Below are positions 19,771 to 29,072 of a stretch of DNA of 64,000 nt, piece by piece. The stretch spans positions 3,826,007 through 3,890,006 of the forward strand of contig OZ242167.1 of the NCBI GenBank assembly GCA_965205295.1, given 5' to 3'. A program made the translations under genes and the position numbers. Every line of letters begins with the position of its first letter. Position 1 is the first letter of the stretch. The notes under the pieces are model-generated. The model made no database searches. It was given only the letters and a program-made list of their open reading frames with translations, and was not told the DNA's origin. The DNA comes from Candidatus Multivorans sp. (GTDB taxonomy: Bacteria; Acidobacteriota; Thermoanaerobaculia; Multivoradales; Multivoraceae).

Positions 19771-20244
19771 ATGACTGCAATAGCCAGAGCAAGGACGCCC
19801 AACCCGACCTACAGCCCCAAGCTGGGGGAGATCGAGCGTCGTTGGTACGTGGTCGACGCGGAGGGCGCGACGCTTGGACGTCTGGCCACGCGACTGGCGC
19901 GCATCCTGACCGGCAAGGACAAGCCCACCTACGCTCGCCACATCGATGTCGGCGATTTCGTGGTGGTGGTCAACGCCGAAAAGGCGGTTCTCACCGGCGG
20001 CAAAGACGACAAGAAGATCTACTACCGACACAGCGGACAGCCCGGCAAGCTCAAGTCGGAGACGGCGGGCCGCCTGCGTGGCCGCCGGCCGATCAGGCTC
20101 GTCGAGTTGGCGGTGCGGGGCATGTTGCCCAAGAACCGCCTGGGTCGCCGGCAACTGCGGAAGCTCAAGGTCTATGCCGGCGCGGAACATCCGCACGAGG
20201 CGCAGCAGCCGGAGCCGATCGTGATCGAAGGGAGCCCGAGTTGA
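19771..20244 (+). CDS. rplM: 50S ribosomal protein L13
   Basis: [25 protein letters not shown] is an L13 signature. The start was set at ATG 19771. Confidence 0.93.
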   Translation: MTAIARARTPNPTYSPKLGEIERRWYVVDAEGATLGRLATRLARILTGKDKPTYARHIDVGDFVVVVNAEKAVLTGGKDDKKIYYRHSGQPGKLKSETAGRLRGRRPIRLVELAVRGMLPKNRLGRRQLRKLKVYAGAEHPHEAQQPEPIVIEGSPS

Positions 20245-20630
20245 CGGAAGCGAGTTACGGGACCGGCCGCCGCAAGACGGCCACGGCGCGCGTGTTCCTG
20301 CGTGCCGGTAGTGGCAAGATGACGGTCAACGGCATGGGGATGGACGACTATTTCAACAGCGAAGTGTTGAAGATGGTCGTCCACCAGCCTCTGCAGGTGG
20401 TCGAGAAGGAAGGCGAGGTCGACATGTGGGCCACCGTCTGCGGAGGCGGCAGTTCCGGCCAGGCCGGCGCCATTCGGCACGGCCTCTCGCGTGCGTTGGT
20501 GCACTTCGAGCCGACCTTCCGCGAGCCGCTCAAGGCGGCCGGGTTCATGACCCGGGATCCACGGCGCAAGGAACGTAAGAAGTACGGTCAAAAGGGTGCG
20601 CGTGCGCGCTTCCAGTTCAGCAAGCGATAG
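20241..20630 (+). CDS. rpsI: 30S ribosomal protein S9
   Basis: The [14 protein letters not shown] motif and a C-terminal [22 protein letters not shown] are present. The TTG start overlaps the rplM stop (TTGA). Confidence 0.9.
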   Translation: MTEASYGTGRRKTATARVFLRAGSGKMTVNGMGMDDYFNSEVLKMVVHQPLQVVEKEGEVDMWATVCGGGSSGQAGAIRHGLSRALVHFEPTFREPLKAAGFMTRDPRRKERKKYGQKGARARFQFSKR

Positions 20631-20658
20631 CGGGGAGAGGTTCTTGGCTCACGTCACG

Positions 20659-21483
20659 ATGAAGGAGATGCTGGAGGCGGGTGTCCACTTCGGCCATCAG
20701 ACCAGACGCTGGAATCCGAAGATGCGCGGTTACATCTTCGGCCGCCGTAACGGCATCTACATCATCGATATTCAGCAGACCCTGCTGCGTTTCCGCGAGG
20801 CGGCGGACTATGTCGAGCACATGGCTCGAATGGGCCGCCGGCTGCTGTTCGTCGGCACCAAGCGTCAGGCGCAGCAGGCGATCGAGGAAGAGGCGCGGCG
20901 CTGCGGCCAGTTCTACGTCACCCATCGCTGGCTTGGCGGTACGTTGACGAATTTCGTCACCATCCGGGCCTCGGTCGAGCGCCTCCATGACACGGAGAAG
21001 AAGCTCGCCGACGAGGAAAGCCTGCTGACCAAGAAGGAACTTCTACGCCTGAACCGTGAGCGGGAAAAGATGGTCCGCAACCTCGACGGGATCCGCAATA
21101 TGGAGCGCCTTCCAGACGCGCTGTTCGTCGTTGATCCGCGGCGCGAGCACATTGCGATCGCGGAGGCGAACAAGTTGAACATCCCGGTGGTGGCCATCGT
21201 CGACACGAACTGCGACCCGGAACTCGTGGATCACGTGATTCCCGGCAACGATGACGCGATACGGACGATCCGGTTGTTTGCCGGCCGCATTGCCGACTCC
21301 TACATCGAGGGTGCTGCCGCCTGGAGCAAGGGCGACGAGGCGGAGGCAGAACCCGCGGCAGCCGTCGGGGCTGACGGCGAAGCCCCGGGGCCGGCCGAAA
21401 CCCCGGACTCGGAAGGGCAGGCCGAGCCCGCCGAGACGGCAGCCGATGTGGCGGAACCTGCTGCGGCCAGCGGCAGCGCGTAA
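20659..21483 (+). CDS. rpsB: 30S ribosomal protein S2 with acidic Ala/Pro/Glu-rich C-terminal extension
   Basis: [22 protein letters not shown] is the S2 signature. The start was chosen at ATG 20659 (RBS GGGGAGAGG at 20631-20639). Confidence 0.92.
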   Translation: MKEMLEAGVHFGHQTRRWNPKMRGYIFGRRNGIYIIDIQQTLLRFREAADYVEHMARMGRRLLFVGTKRQAQQAIEEEARRCGQFYVTHRWLGGTLTNFVTIRASVERLHDTEKKLADEESLLTKKELLRLNREREKMVRNLDGIRNMERLPDALFVVDPRREHIAIAEANKLNIPVVAIVDTNCDPELVDHVIPGNDDAIRTIRLFAGRIADSYIEGAAAWSKGDEAEAEPAAAVGADGEAPGPAETPDSEGQAEPAETAADVAEPAAASGSA

Positions 21484-21591
21484 GCCGGCCGGCAGTCTCG
21501 TGGTGAGGCGCCGACGGTTCTTCGTCCGGCGAGCGAGATTCAGTGAAGTTCCAGTCAGGGGCGGGTCAAGCCCCGTAGGGAGAAGGAAGCG

Positions 21592-22236
21592 ATGAGCAAA
21601 GCAGTGACAGCCGCCATGGTCAAGGAGCTCCGCGAGCGGACGGGCGCGGGCATGATGGACTGCAAGAAGGCCCTGGTCGAGACCGGCGGTGACGTGGAAG
21701 CCGCGCTCGACACGCTGCGCAAGAAGGGGTTGGCCTCCGCCGTCAAGAAGGCCGGCCGCGCCACCAGCGACGGTCTCGTGGTTTCCTACATCCACGCCGG
21801 GGGCAAGATCGGCGTGTTGCTCGAGATCAACTGCGAGACGGACTTCGTGGCTCGCACGGACGACTTCCAGCAGTTGGCGCACGATCTTTCGCTTCACGTG
21901 GCCGCCAGCCAGCCCCGTTTCGTCGGTCGCGACGAGGTGACCGCGGACGTCCTCGAGCGGGAGAAGAGGATTCACCGCGAGCAGGCGCTCGAGTCGGGCA
22001 AGCCGGAACACATCGTCGAACGCATCGTCGAGGGCCGGTTGTCGAAGTTCTACGCCGAGAACTGCCTCCTGGAGCAGCCGTTCGTCAAGGACGGGGACCA
22101 GAAGGTCGAGGACGTCCTCAAGGCCGCGATCGCCAAGCTGGGCGAGAACATGCGCATCTGCCGTTTCGCCAGGTTCCAGCTTGGCGGCGATTCGACCTTG
22201 GCGGCAGCGGTCCCTCCGGCTTCCGATCCGTCCTGA
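21592..22236 (+). CDS. tsf: elongation factor Ts
   Basis: The N-terminal UBA-like [20 protein letters not shown] segment and [17 protein letters not shown] are present. The RBS is GGGAGAAGGAAG. Confidence 0.93.
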   Translation: MSKAVTAAMVKELRERTGAGMMDCKKALVETGGDVEAALDTLRKKGLASAVKKAGRATSDGLVVSYIHAGGKIGVLLEINCETDFVARTDDFQQLAHDLSLHVAASQPRFVGRDEVTADVLEREKRIHREQALESGKPEHIVERIVEGRLSKFYAENCLLEQPFVKDGDQKVEDVLKAAIAKLGENMRICRFARFQLGGDSTLAAAVPPASDPS

Positions 22237-22243
22237 TCGCCGG

Positions 22244-22972
22244 ATGACTGCAGCCGCTGCGCCCGAGCCGGCCTACCGCCGCATCCTGCTCAAGCTGTCG
22301 GGCGAAGCGCTGATGGGCGACAAGCCCTTCGGCATCGACGAGGTCGTCGTCGCCGGAATCGCCGCTCAGATTCGGGACGTCTTCCAGCTCGGCGTGGAGA
22401 TCGGCATCGTGGTCGGGGGCGGCAACGTGATCCGCGGCCTGGCTGCGAGCCATCGCGGCGTCGAGCGGGCGACTGGCGACTACATGGGCATGCTGGCGAC
22501 CGTGATCAACAGCCTGGCAATGCAGGACGCGCTGGAAAAGACCGGCGTTCCGACCCGGGTGCAGACGGCGCTGGAGATGCGCAGCGTGGCCGAGCCGTTC
22601 ATTCGCCGTCGGGCGATCCGGCACCTGGAGAAGGGGCGGGTCGTGATTTTCGGCGCCGGTACCGGGAACCCCTACCTGACGACGGACACCGCCGCCGCAC
22701 TCCGCGCGAATGAAGTCCAGGCCGAGATCCTGCTCAAGGCAACTCAGGTCGACGGCGTCTACAGCGCCGATCCGCGCCGGGATGCCGGGGCGGAGCGCCT
22801 GCCCGAAGTGACCTATCAGGAGGTCCTGGAGCGCAACCTGGGCATCATGGACGCGGCCGCGATCAGCCTGTGCCGGGAGAACGACCTGCCGATCGCGGTG
22901 TTCGACCTCGGTGTCGAGGGCAACATCCGGCGGGTGGTTCTGGGCGAGAAGGTCGGTTCCCTGGTCACCTGA
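22244..22972 (+). CDS. pyrH: uridylate kinase
   Basis: [23 protein letters not shown] and [22 protein letters not shown] motifs are present. The start was set at ATG 22244. Confidence 0.93.
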   Translation: MTAAAAPEPAYRRILLKLSGEALMGDKPFGIDEVVVAGIAAQIRDVFQLGVEIGIVVGGGNVIRGLAASHRGVERATGDYMGMLATVINSLAMQDALEKTGVPTRVQTALEMRSVAEPFIRRRAIRHLEKGRVVIFGAGTGNPYLTTDTAAALRANEVQAEILLKATQVDGVYSADPRRDAGAERLPEVTYQEVLERNLGIMDAAAISLCRENDLPIAVFDLGVEGNIRRVVLGEKVGSLVT

Positions 22973-23052
22973 GTCGTTCAGCGTCGAGCCGGCGCCCCGG
23001 CGCGGCGGTAGAGCAGTAGAGTTGCGGTCTGCACACGGAGGCAGAGGGTCAT

Positions 23053-23607
23053 ATGCAAGAACTGTTCTTGGAGATGGAGCTCAGGATGAGGGAGGGCGTC
23101 GACCACCTTCACCAGGAGCTGAAGACACTACGGACCGGTCGGGCGTCAACGGCGCTGCTCGATGGGGTGACGGTCGAGTACTACGGCACGCCGACGCCAC
23201 TCAATCAGCTCGCGAGCCTGTCCGTCGCCGACGCCACCCTGCTGGTGGCGCAGCCGTTCGATCCGACCCAGATCGCCGCGATCGAGCGCGCGATCCTGGT
23301 TGCCGACCTGGGGCTGAATCCCTCCAACGACGGCAGGATCGTCCGTATCCCGGTGCCTCCTCTCACCGAGGAGCGTCGCAAGGAGATGGTGAAGCGCGCC
23401 CACGAGATCGCTGAGCGGTTCCGCAATACCGTACGCGGCGTGCGGCGCGAGGGCAACGATCGCCTGAAGCAGATGGAGAAGGCCAAGGAGATCTCGCAGG
23501 ACGACGAACGCCGGGGGTTCGACGAGATGCAGAGGCTCCATGACCACTACATCGGCCTGGTGAACCAGGCGTTGGCGAACAAGGAGAAGGACATCCTCGA
23601 GGTCTAG
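23053..23607 (+). CDS. frr: ribosome recycling factor
   Basis: The 184-aa product carries LRTGRASTALLDGVTVEYYG and VRIPVPPLTEERRKE. Confidence 0.93.
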   Translation: MQELFLEMELRMREGVDHLHQELKTLRTGRASTALLDGVTVEYYGTPTPLNQLASLSVADATLLVAQPFDPTQIAAIERAILVADLGLNPSNDGRIVRIPVPPLTEERRKEMVKRAHEIAERFRNTVRGVRREGNDRLKQMEKAKEISQDDERRGFDEMQRLHDHYIGLVNQALANKEKDILEV

Positions 23608-23623
23608 GACCTCGAGCCCTGCT

Positions 23624-24817
23624 TTGACCGTCCACGCAATTGTCCCGGCCGCCGGAAGGGGCAGGCGGTTCGGCGGCGACCGGCCGAAACAGTTCTCCCT
23701 GCTCCTGGACCGCCCGGTACTGGCCTGGACCGTCGAGCGGCTTGTGGCCGTCCCCGTCATCGACCGGGTGGTCGTCGCGGCGCCGCCGGGGAGCGCCAAG
23801 GAGACGCTGGAGATGCTGGCAGAGGAAGTTGGACCGCGGCCCGGAGTGGAGGTCACCACGGTGGACGGCGGCCGGCGCCGCCAGGATTCCGTCGCGGCCG
23901 CGCTCGCGGCGACCGTCGCGGATCCCTCGGACTGGGTTGCGGTTCACGACGGCGCCCGCCCCTGCCTGAGCCCGGTGGACCTCGAAGCCGTCGTTCGGAC
24001 AGCGGCCGAGGAAGGCAGGGCCGGAGCGGTCCTTGGACGCCCGGTGAGCGACACCCTGAAGACGGTGAGGAGCGGTCGACTCGGCGCGACGGTCGATCGG
24101 GCGGGTCTGTTTCGGGCCGAGACGCCCCAGGTCTTTCGGGCTGGGGAACTTGCGGCTGCGCTCGATCGGGCGGCCGCGGGGGACATCGAGGTGAGCGACG
24201 AGAGCAGCCTGTTCGAGCCGGGTTCGATCGGTGCTGTGGTGGCGTCCCACCCGAACCCGAAGCTCACCGATCCGTCCGACCGCGCCGCGATCGAAGCGCT
24301 GCTGCGACCGCGGCAAGGGGCGCGAGCGGTCGTCGATACCGCGGTCGGCCAGGGCTACGACGTGCACCGGCTAGTCGCTGGGCGGCCCCTGATCCTCGGC
24401 GGCCAGAGGATTCCGCACGAGGCCGGCCTGGACGGTCACAGCGATGCCGATGTGGTGCTCCATGCAATCGGCGACGCCCTGCTCGGCGCCGCCGGACTCG
24501 GTGACCTGGGTGTCCACTTTCCCCCGTCGGACGACGCCTGGCGCGGGGCCGACAGCTCGGACCTGCTCCGGCGGATCGTCGACCTGGTCCGGGAGAAGGG
24601 GTTCGAGGCGCGGAACTGCGACGTGACGCTGATCGCCGAGCGGCCGTCCATGGCGCAGTACCGCGCGGCGATCGAGGACCATGTCGCGCGCCTGCTCGGA
24701 CTCGACCCCGGGCGAATGAACTTCAAGGCCACGACCCATGAAGGGCTGGGGCCCCTCGGTCGAAGTGAGGGCATGGCGGCCGAGGCCGTCGTGCTGATCG
24801 AGCGGTGGCGCACGTGA
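23624..24817 (+). CDS. ispDF: bifunctional 2-C-methyl-D-erythritol 4-phosphate cytidylyltransferase / MEcDP synthase (IspD-IspF fusion)
   Basis: The N-terminal IspD motif is AIVPAAGRGRRFGGDRPKQF. The C-terminal IspF motifs are GQGYDVHRL and HSDADVVLHAIGDALLGAAGLGDLG. Confidence 0.9.
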   Translation: MTVHAIVPAAGRGRRFGGDRPKQFSLLLDRPVLAWTVERLVAVPVIDRVVVAAPPGSAKETLEMLAEEVGPRPGVEVTTVDGGRRRQDSVAAALAATVADPSDWVAVHDGARPCLSPVDLEAVVRTAAEEGRAGAVLGRPVSDTLKTVRSGRLGATVDRAGLFRAETPQVFRAGELAAALDRAAAGDIEVSDESSLFEPGSIGAVVASHPNPKLTDPSDRAAIEALLRPRQGARAVVDTAVGQGYDVHRLVAGRPLILGGQRIPHEAGLDGHSDADVVLHAIGDALLGAAGLGDLGVHFPPSDDAWRGADSSDLLRRIVDLVREKGFEARNCDVTLIAERPSMAQYRAAIEDHVARLLGLDPGRMNFKATTHEGLGPLGRSEGMAAEAVVLIERWRT

Positions 24818-25605
24818 GCAGACAGGGAGATCGCCGGGGTAGTCCGGAGCGAGCCCCTGACGCGGATTGGCGGCTCGGCTTCCAGCCGGTCCGGGAGATC
24901 CTCCGCAGCCAGCCGCACGAAGTCGCCGAAGTCGTCATCTCGAGGGCGGCGGGGGAGCGCCGGCGGATGATCGAGAGCCTGTGCATCAGACACCGTGTGC
25001 CGGTTCGGAGCGTGGCCGCCGCCGAACTGCGGGCCCGGCTCGAAGCGGCGGGACTCGACCACGCGGCGGCGCGGGGTTTCGCGGCGGTCCTGGTGCCCCG
25101 AAGGCGCGGTGGATCGCCGGTTGCTGCTGCCGACCCGCAACTCCTGGTGCTGGTCGAGGACGTGCAGGATCCACGGAACCTGGGCGCATTGCTGCGGGTG
25201 TGCGAGGCGGCTGGGGTTGGCCGCGTTCTGATCCGTGACCGCGGCGCGGCGCCGCTCTCCGCCGCGGTCGCTGGAACCGCCGCGGGCGCGGTCGATTGGC
25301 TCGAAGTCGAGCGGATTGTGAACAGCGGCCAGGAGATCGAGCGCCTCAAGTCCGACGGTTTCTGGGTCTACGGCGCCGACGCCACAGGTCAGGCGCCGTG
25401 GACGGTCGACCTGAGCGGCCCGATGGTGCTTTGCATCGGCGGCGAGGAGCGCGGTCTGCGCCACCGCACGAAGAGACTCTGCGACGGGCTTCTCGGCCTG
25501 CCGATGCGGGGCCGCGTCGAATCCCTCAACCTGTCCACCGCGGCCGCAGCGTTGCTCTACGAAGCGGTGCGCCAGCGTCTTGTCAGGCCGGAGGGGCTGG
25601 CATAG
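24805..25605 (+). CDS. rlmB: SpoU/TrmH-family RNA 2'-O-methyltransferase (RlmB-like)
   Basis: SpoU motifs are LVLVEDVQDPRNLGALLRVCEAAGV, VLCIGGEERGL and ESLNLSTAAAALLYE. The GTG start overlaps the ispDF 3' end by 13 nt. Confidence 0.85.
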   Translation: MAHVSRQGDRRGSPERAPDADWRLGFQPVREILRSQPHEVAEVVISRAAGERRRMIESLCIRHRVPVRSVAAAELRARLEAAGLDHAAARGFAAVLVPRRRGGSPVAAADPQLLVLVEDVQDPRNLGALLRVCEAAGVGRVLIRDRGAAPLSAAVAGTAAGAVDWLEVERIVNSGQEIERLKSDGFWVYGADATGQAPWTVDLSGPMVLCIGGEERGLRHRTKRLCDGLLGLPMRGRVESLNLSTAAAALLYEAVRQRLVRPEGLA

Positions 25606-25657
25606 ACTCCGGCGTCGCCGTGGCGCTGCCATGGTGCCTCAGTGCTTCGTAGCGAGG

Positions 25658-25733
25658 GCCGGCATAGCTCAGTTGGTAGAGCAACTGCCTTGTAAGCAGT
25701 AGGTCCTCGGTTCGAATCCGGGTGCCGGCTCCA
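25658..25733 (+). tRNA. tRNA-Thr (anticodon TGT)
   Basis: The cloverleaf was folded by hand. The acceptor is GCCGGCA/TGCCGGC, the D arm AGCTCAGTTGGTAGAGC, the anticodon stem ACTGC/GCAGT with loop CTTGTAA, the T arm CTCGGTTCGAATCCGGG, and the 3' end is CCA-encoded. Confidence 0.9.
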
Positions 25734-25747
25734 CGGAGGAAGTTGCC

Positions 25748-25834
25748 GGAGGTGTGGCCGAGCGGTTAAAGGCAACAGACTGTAAATCTGTCGGGCAAAG
25801 CCCTACGGTGGTTCGAATCCATCCGCCTCCACCA
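25748..25834 (+). tRNA. tRNA-Tyr (anticodon GTA), class II with long variable arm
   Basis: The acceptor is GGAGGTG/CGCCTCC, the anticodon loop CTGTAAA, the variable arm CGGGCAAAGCCCTA and the T arm GGTTCGAATCC. The 3' end is CCA-encoded. Confidence 0.9.
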
Positions 25835-25854
25835 CTTCTTCCTTTTGCGGGCGT

Positions 25855-25929
25855 GCGGGAGTAACTCAGGGGTAGAGTCACAGCCTTCCAAGCTGTTGGT
25901 CGCGGGTTCGAATCCCGTCTCCCGCTCCA
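25855..25929 (+). tRNA. tRNA-Gly (anticodon TCC)
   Basis: The acceptor is GCGGGAG/CTCCCGC, the anticodon stem ACAGC/GCTGT with loop CTTCCAA, and the T arm GCGGGTTCGAATCCCGT. The 3' end is CCA-encoded. Confidence 0.9.
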
Positions 25930-26190
25930 CGCCGCGCGGAGCGCCGGCGTGCAGCGTGAGACGGGATTCGGCGTTCGGCGCGCATTTCGCGCGCTCCGCG
26001 CGCGAAGAAGCGCGTCTCGGCTAGCAAATCCCGTCTGGCTCCATGCCGCGCGGAGCGCCGGCGTGCAGCGTGAGACGGGATTCGGCGTTCGGCGCGCGTT
26101 TCGCACGCTTCGGGATTCGGCGTTCGGCGCGCGTTTCGCACGCGCGCGAAGAAGCGCGTCTCGGCCAGCAAATCCCGTCTCCCGCAAGCG
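25909..26190. repeat. tandem ~115-bp direct repeats (2 units + partial third), each ending in a copy of the tRNA-Gly 3' terminus (AATCCCGTCTCCCGC)
   Basis: The unit at 25926-26040 recurs at 26041-26184, with a 32-bp internal duplication in unit 2 and ~95% identity. The tRNA-Gly T-arm/acceptor 15-mer occurs at 25911-25925, 26027-26041 (variant) and 26171-26185. Each unit also contains its inverted complement GAGACGGGATT. Confidence 0.85.
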
Positions 26191-26297
26191 GTCACCGGCC
26201 TGCGGCCGGCGGCTATCTTCTTGTGCCGCCTACGGCGGCAACGTTTGCAGTAGAGAGTGCCGCCAGGGCACCGCTTGGCGGCCAGTCGTGTGCGAGG

Positions 26298-27386
26298 ATG
26301 TTGTGGATGGCAACTGGAAATCTCCCGGGCAGTCTTGTCACCCTCGCCTCGCTTCTTGCCGTCGCGACGCCGATCTCCGCCCTGGCGGGCCTTGATGCGC
26401 GACAATCCTCCACCGAGGTGTACCAATACGACGACAATGAGTTCGAGAGCTACATCCACCTTCGGGACACTGCGACTGGACGTCTGCCCTTCCAGACGGA
26501 GTTCGCCCAGCGGTTCGTGCTGCCCGCAGAAGGGGCATTCCAGTACGTGGAGGTATGCGTCAGGAAGCCTCAGGTCGTCAGTGGCCCTTCGGCTGACGTT
26601 CTGGTCTACATCGTGGAGTTCTGGTCCGACGCCGGAAACGTGCCTCGAGAAGCCTTCTACGCCATCCTCAACTTCTCTGTTGGGGTAGCGCCAGGCTACC
26701 GCACCTGCCATAGGTTGAACTACATTGAGGAGGTGACACTGGACGCGGGCCCGGTATGGGTCAGCGTTCGCTGGGGTGACGACCCGGAAGACCCCAACAG
26801 CCTTCAGGACTTGGCGGTTGACGAGGACGGTTCGGGTGGACGGCGCGCGTTTCGGGTTATCCACGAAGACGGAGAGGCCTGGCAAGCTTGGCAGGAAGAT
26901 ACGGATCCGCGTGTCTACGCCATTCGCCTGGCGGTCGACCACTCCGAGTCGAATCCCGAGCCCGATCCCGAGCCCGACCCCGATCCGACTCCCGATCCCT
27001 TGCCTGATCCCCCTCAGGGGCCCGGCTACACCGACTGCGTCCCCGAGACGAGGCCGCTCGTCTTCGATGGCGGCTACAGCGTTCGCATGTGCTACGAGAC
27101 GCCGGCCGGCGAAGTCGGCGAGGCCAAGGCGGGCATCTGGGCCTCCGGCGAATCGGGCCTGCTCTGGTTCTTCAGCCGTGACAACGCGGAAGTGTTGATC
27201 AAGGTTCTGAACGGCTGTTTCTACAACAACCGCCGCTGGCTCTACGTGGCGCCGGTGACCGACGTCGCCTTCAATCTCTATGTGACCGACACGGAAGGAC
27301 GCACCTGGTCACACCACAACCGGCAGGGAGAGACGGCATCCACCAGGCGTGACAACGAGGCGTTTCCGTGCGGCGACCAGAAGTAG
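26298..27386 (+). CDS. secreted hypothetical protein with Pro/Asp/Glu linker (PEPDPEPDPDPTPDPLPDPP); no recognisable family
   Basis: A signal peptide MLWMATGNLPGSLVTLASLLAVATPISALAG is followed by two ~150-aa halves separated by a PEPD low-complexity linker. Local GC is lower than in the surrounding core. Confidence 0.6.
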   Translation: MLWMATGNLPGSLVTLASLLAVATPISALAGLDARQSSTEVYQYDDNEFESYIHLRDTATGRLPFQTEFAQRFVLPAEGAFQYVEVCVRKPQVVSGPSADVLVYIVEFWSDAGNVPREAFYAILNFSVGVAPGYRTCHRLNYIEEVTLDAGPVWVSVRWGDDPEDPNSLQDLAVDEDGSGGRRAFRVIHEDGEAWQAWQEDTDPRVYAIRLAVDHSESNPEPDPEPDPDPTPDPLPDPPQGPGYTDCVPETRPLVFDGGYSVRMCYETPAGEVGEAKAGIWASGESGLLWFFSRDNAEVLIKVLNGCFYNNRRWLYVAPVTDVAFNLYVTDTEGRTWSHHNRQGETASTRRDNEAFPCGDQK

Positions 27387-27401
27387 ACTGGCGGCGACCC
27401 C

Positions 27402-27875
27402 CTACTCCTCCGCCGCCACTACCGCCGTAGCTTCCACCTCGATCAACAGCGACGGGTACACCAGTCCCGTGACGCCGACCCAGGTCGCGGCGCGCGGCGG
27501 GTCGAGTCGCAGCACCTTGGCCTGGGCACGGCCTACGGTCTGCACCTTCTCCGGGTCGATGTCCTTGATGTAGACGTTCGTCTTCACGATGTCCTCGGCG
27601 CTTGCGCCGGCCTGCTCCAGGCGCTTGACGACGTTGGTGAAGGCGATCTCGGCCTGCTCAGCGAGAGTGGCCGCGGGCGCTTCGGCGCCGTCGGCCCAGC
27701 CGATCTGGCCCGAGATGAGGATCGTGGTGACGCCGCCCGCGGTCGTTTTGGCGATGTGGGAGAAGCCCTGCTGCGAGCCGAGGAATTCGGTTTTCAATTC
27801 TTGTGCCTCCGTGCTGCCGGTCGCGACGAGGAGCACACCGACGAAGAAGGCCAGGTGATGGGGTTGTCTCTTCAT
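27402..27875 (-). CDS. secreted RidA/YjgF/TdcF-family (Rid) protein
   Basis: A signal peptide MKRQPHHLAFFVGVLLVATGSTEA is followed by a Rid-fold with conserved GQIGWADG and TNVYIKDIDPEK. The start was set at ATG 27875 with an AGGAGA RBS. Confidence 0.75.
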   Translation of the reverse strand: MKRQPHHLAFFVGVLLVATGSTEAQELKTEFLGSQQGFSHIAKTTAGGVTTILISGQIGWADGAEAPAATLAEQAEIAFTNVVKRLEQAGASAEDIVKTNVYIKDIDPEKVQTVGRAQAKVLRLDPPRAATWVGVTGLVYPSLLIEVEATAVVAAEE

Positions 27876-28043
27876 TGCGGTCTCCTGAGGCGTACGGTGC
27901 CGGCTGTTGAAAGTAGGCGCCGAGTGTAGGGGATGCGGAAGGTAGCGCCAACCTGGCCGTCCTGGCCTGGGAGCTTTCGCCGCAGGCTTGCTACGCTGCG
28001 TCCCGCGGCGCAAGCTCCCAGGCTGATTCTGGAGGTTTCAGAG

Positions 28044-29072
28044 ATGAGATTGAACCGTTTCCTTCCGGCCGGGGCGGCGCTATGCGCCCTGCTCTTGCCC
28101 TTCCTGCACGGGCCGGCATTCAGCAGCGACGCACAGTGGGTGACCTACCCCGGGGGCGACGGTCCCGGCGCCGGCCGCAAGGTCGTCCTGATCGCAGGCG
28201 ACGAGGAGTACCGCTCGGAGGAGGCGATGCCGATGCTCGGCAAGCTGCTCTCGGTGCGGCACGGCTTCGAATGCGTGGTGATGTTCTCGATCGACGCCGA
28301 AACCGGGGCGATCGATCCCGAGGAGCAGACGAACATCCCGGGTCTCGAAGCGCTCGACGACGCCGACCTGATGGTGATCGCGACCCGTTTCCGGGAGCTG
28401 CCCGACGCGCAGATGAAGCACATCGTCGACTACGTCGAATCGGGGCGGCCGATCGTCGGATTGCGGACGGCTACGCACGCCTTCTCCTACCAACGCAACC
28501 CTGACAGCCCGTACGCGCACTGGAGCTTCCGCAGCGAGACCTGGCCGGGCGGGTTCGGCCAGCAGGTGCTCGGCGACACGTGGATCAACCACCACGGCCA
28601 CCACGGCCGCGAGAGCACGCGCGGCGTCGTTGCACCCGGCGCCGCCGGCCATCCCATCCTGCGCGGAGTGACCGACGTCTGGGGCCCGACGGACGTCTAC
28701 GGCGTAAAGAACCTGGGCGACGCCGCCGACGTGCTGCTGCTCGGGGCGGTGCTGGCCGGGATGTCCCCGAGCGACCCGCCGGTCGAGGGACGGAAGAACG
28801 ACCCCATGGCGCCGCTGGCCTGGACCCGTTCGTACACGGGCGCCGGCGGCAAGGCCGCGCGGGTGTTCACGACCACGATGGGCGCCTCGACGGACTTCGA
28901 GAGCGAGGGGCTACGGCGCCTGGTCGTGAATGCCGTGTATTGGGGGCTCGGGATGGAGGACCGGATCCCGGAGCAGAGCGACGTGCGGATCGTGGGTGAG
29001 TACGAGCCGACCGGCTTCGGCTTCGGCAGCCACGCCGGCGGCGTCATGCCGTCGGTTCACGCGTTGCCGTAG
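28044..29072 (+). CDS. ThuA-like (trehalose-utilisation/class-I glutamine-amidotransferase-like fold) secreted protein
   Basis: A signal peptide MRLNRFLPAGAALCALLLPF is present. A ThuA-like KVVLIAGDEEYRSEE ... GRPIVGLRTATHAF ... GDTWINHHGHH arrangement follows. Confidence 0.55.
   Translation: MRLNRFLPAGAALCALLLPFLHGPAFSSDAQWVTYPGGDGPGAGRKVVLIAGDEEYRSEEAMPMLGKLLSVRHGFECVVMFSIDAETGAIDPEEQTNIPGLEALDDADLMVIATRFRELPDAQMKHIVDYVESGRPIVGLRTATHAFSYQRNPDSPYAHWSFRSETWPGGFGQQVLGDTWINHHGHHGRESTRGVVAPGAAGHPILRGVTDVWGPTDVYGVKNLGDAADVLLLGAVLAGMSPSDPPVEGRKNDPMAPLAWTRSYTGAGGKAARVFTTTMGASTDFESEGLRRLVVNAVYWGLGMEDRIPEQSDVRIVGEYEPTGFGFGSHAGGVMPSVHALP

Noticed and set aside
25930-26200. Possible CRISPR array (direct repeats)
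   Set aside because: The units are ~115 bp tandem repeats with no unique spacers and no cas genes. They are explained as tRNA-Gly att-site duplications.
25669-26437. ORFs 25669..26187(-), 25949..26395(+), 26043 start of the secreted protein ORF
   Set aside because: These are translations of the tRNA genes or repeat scar. The secreted protein gene plausibly starts at ATG 26298, where the signal peptide begins.
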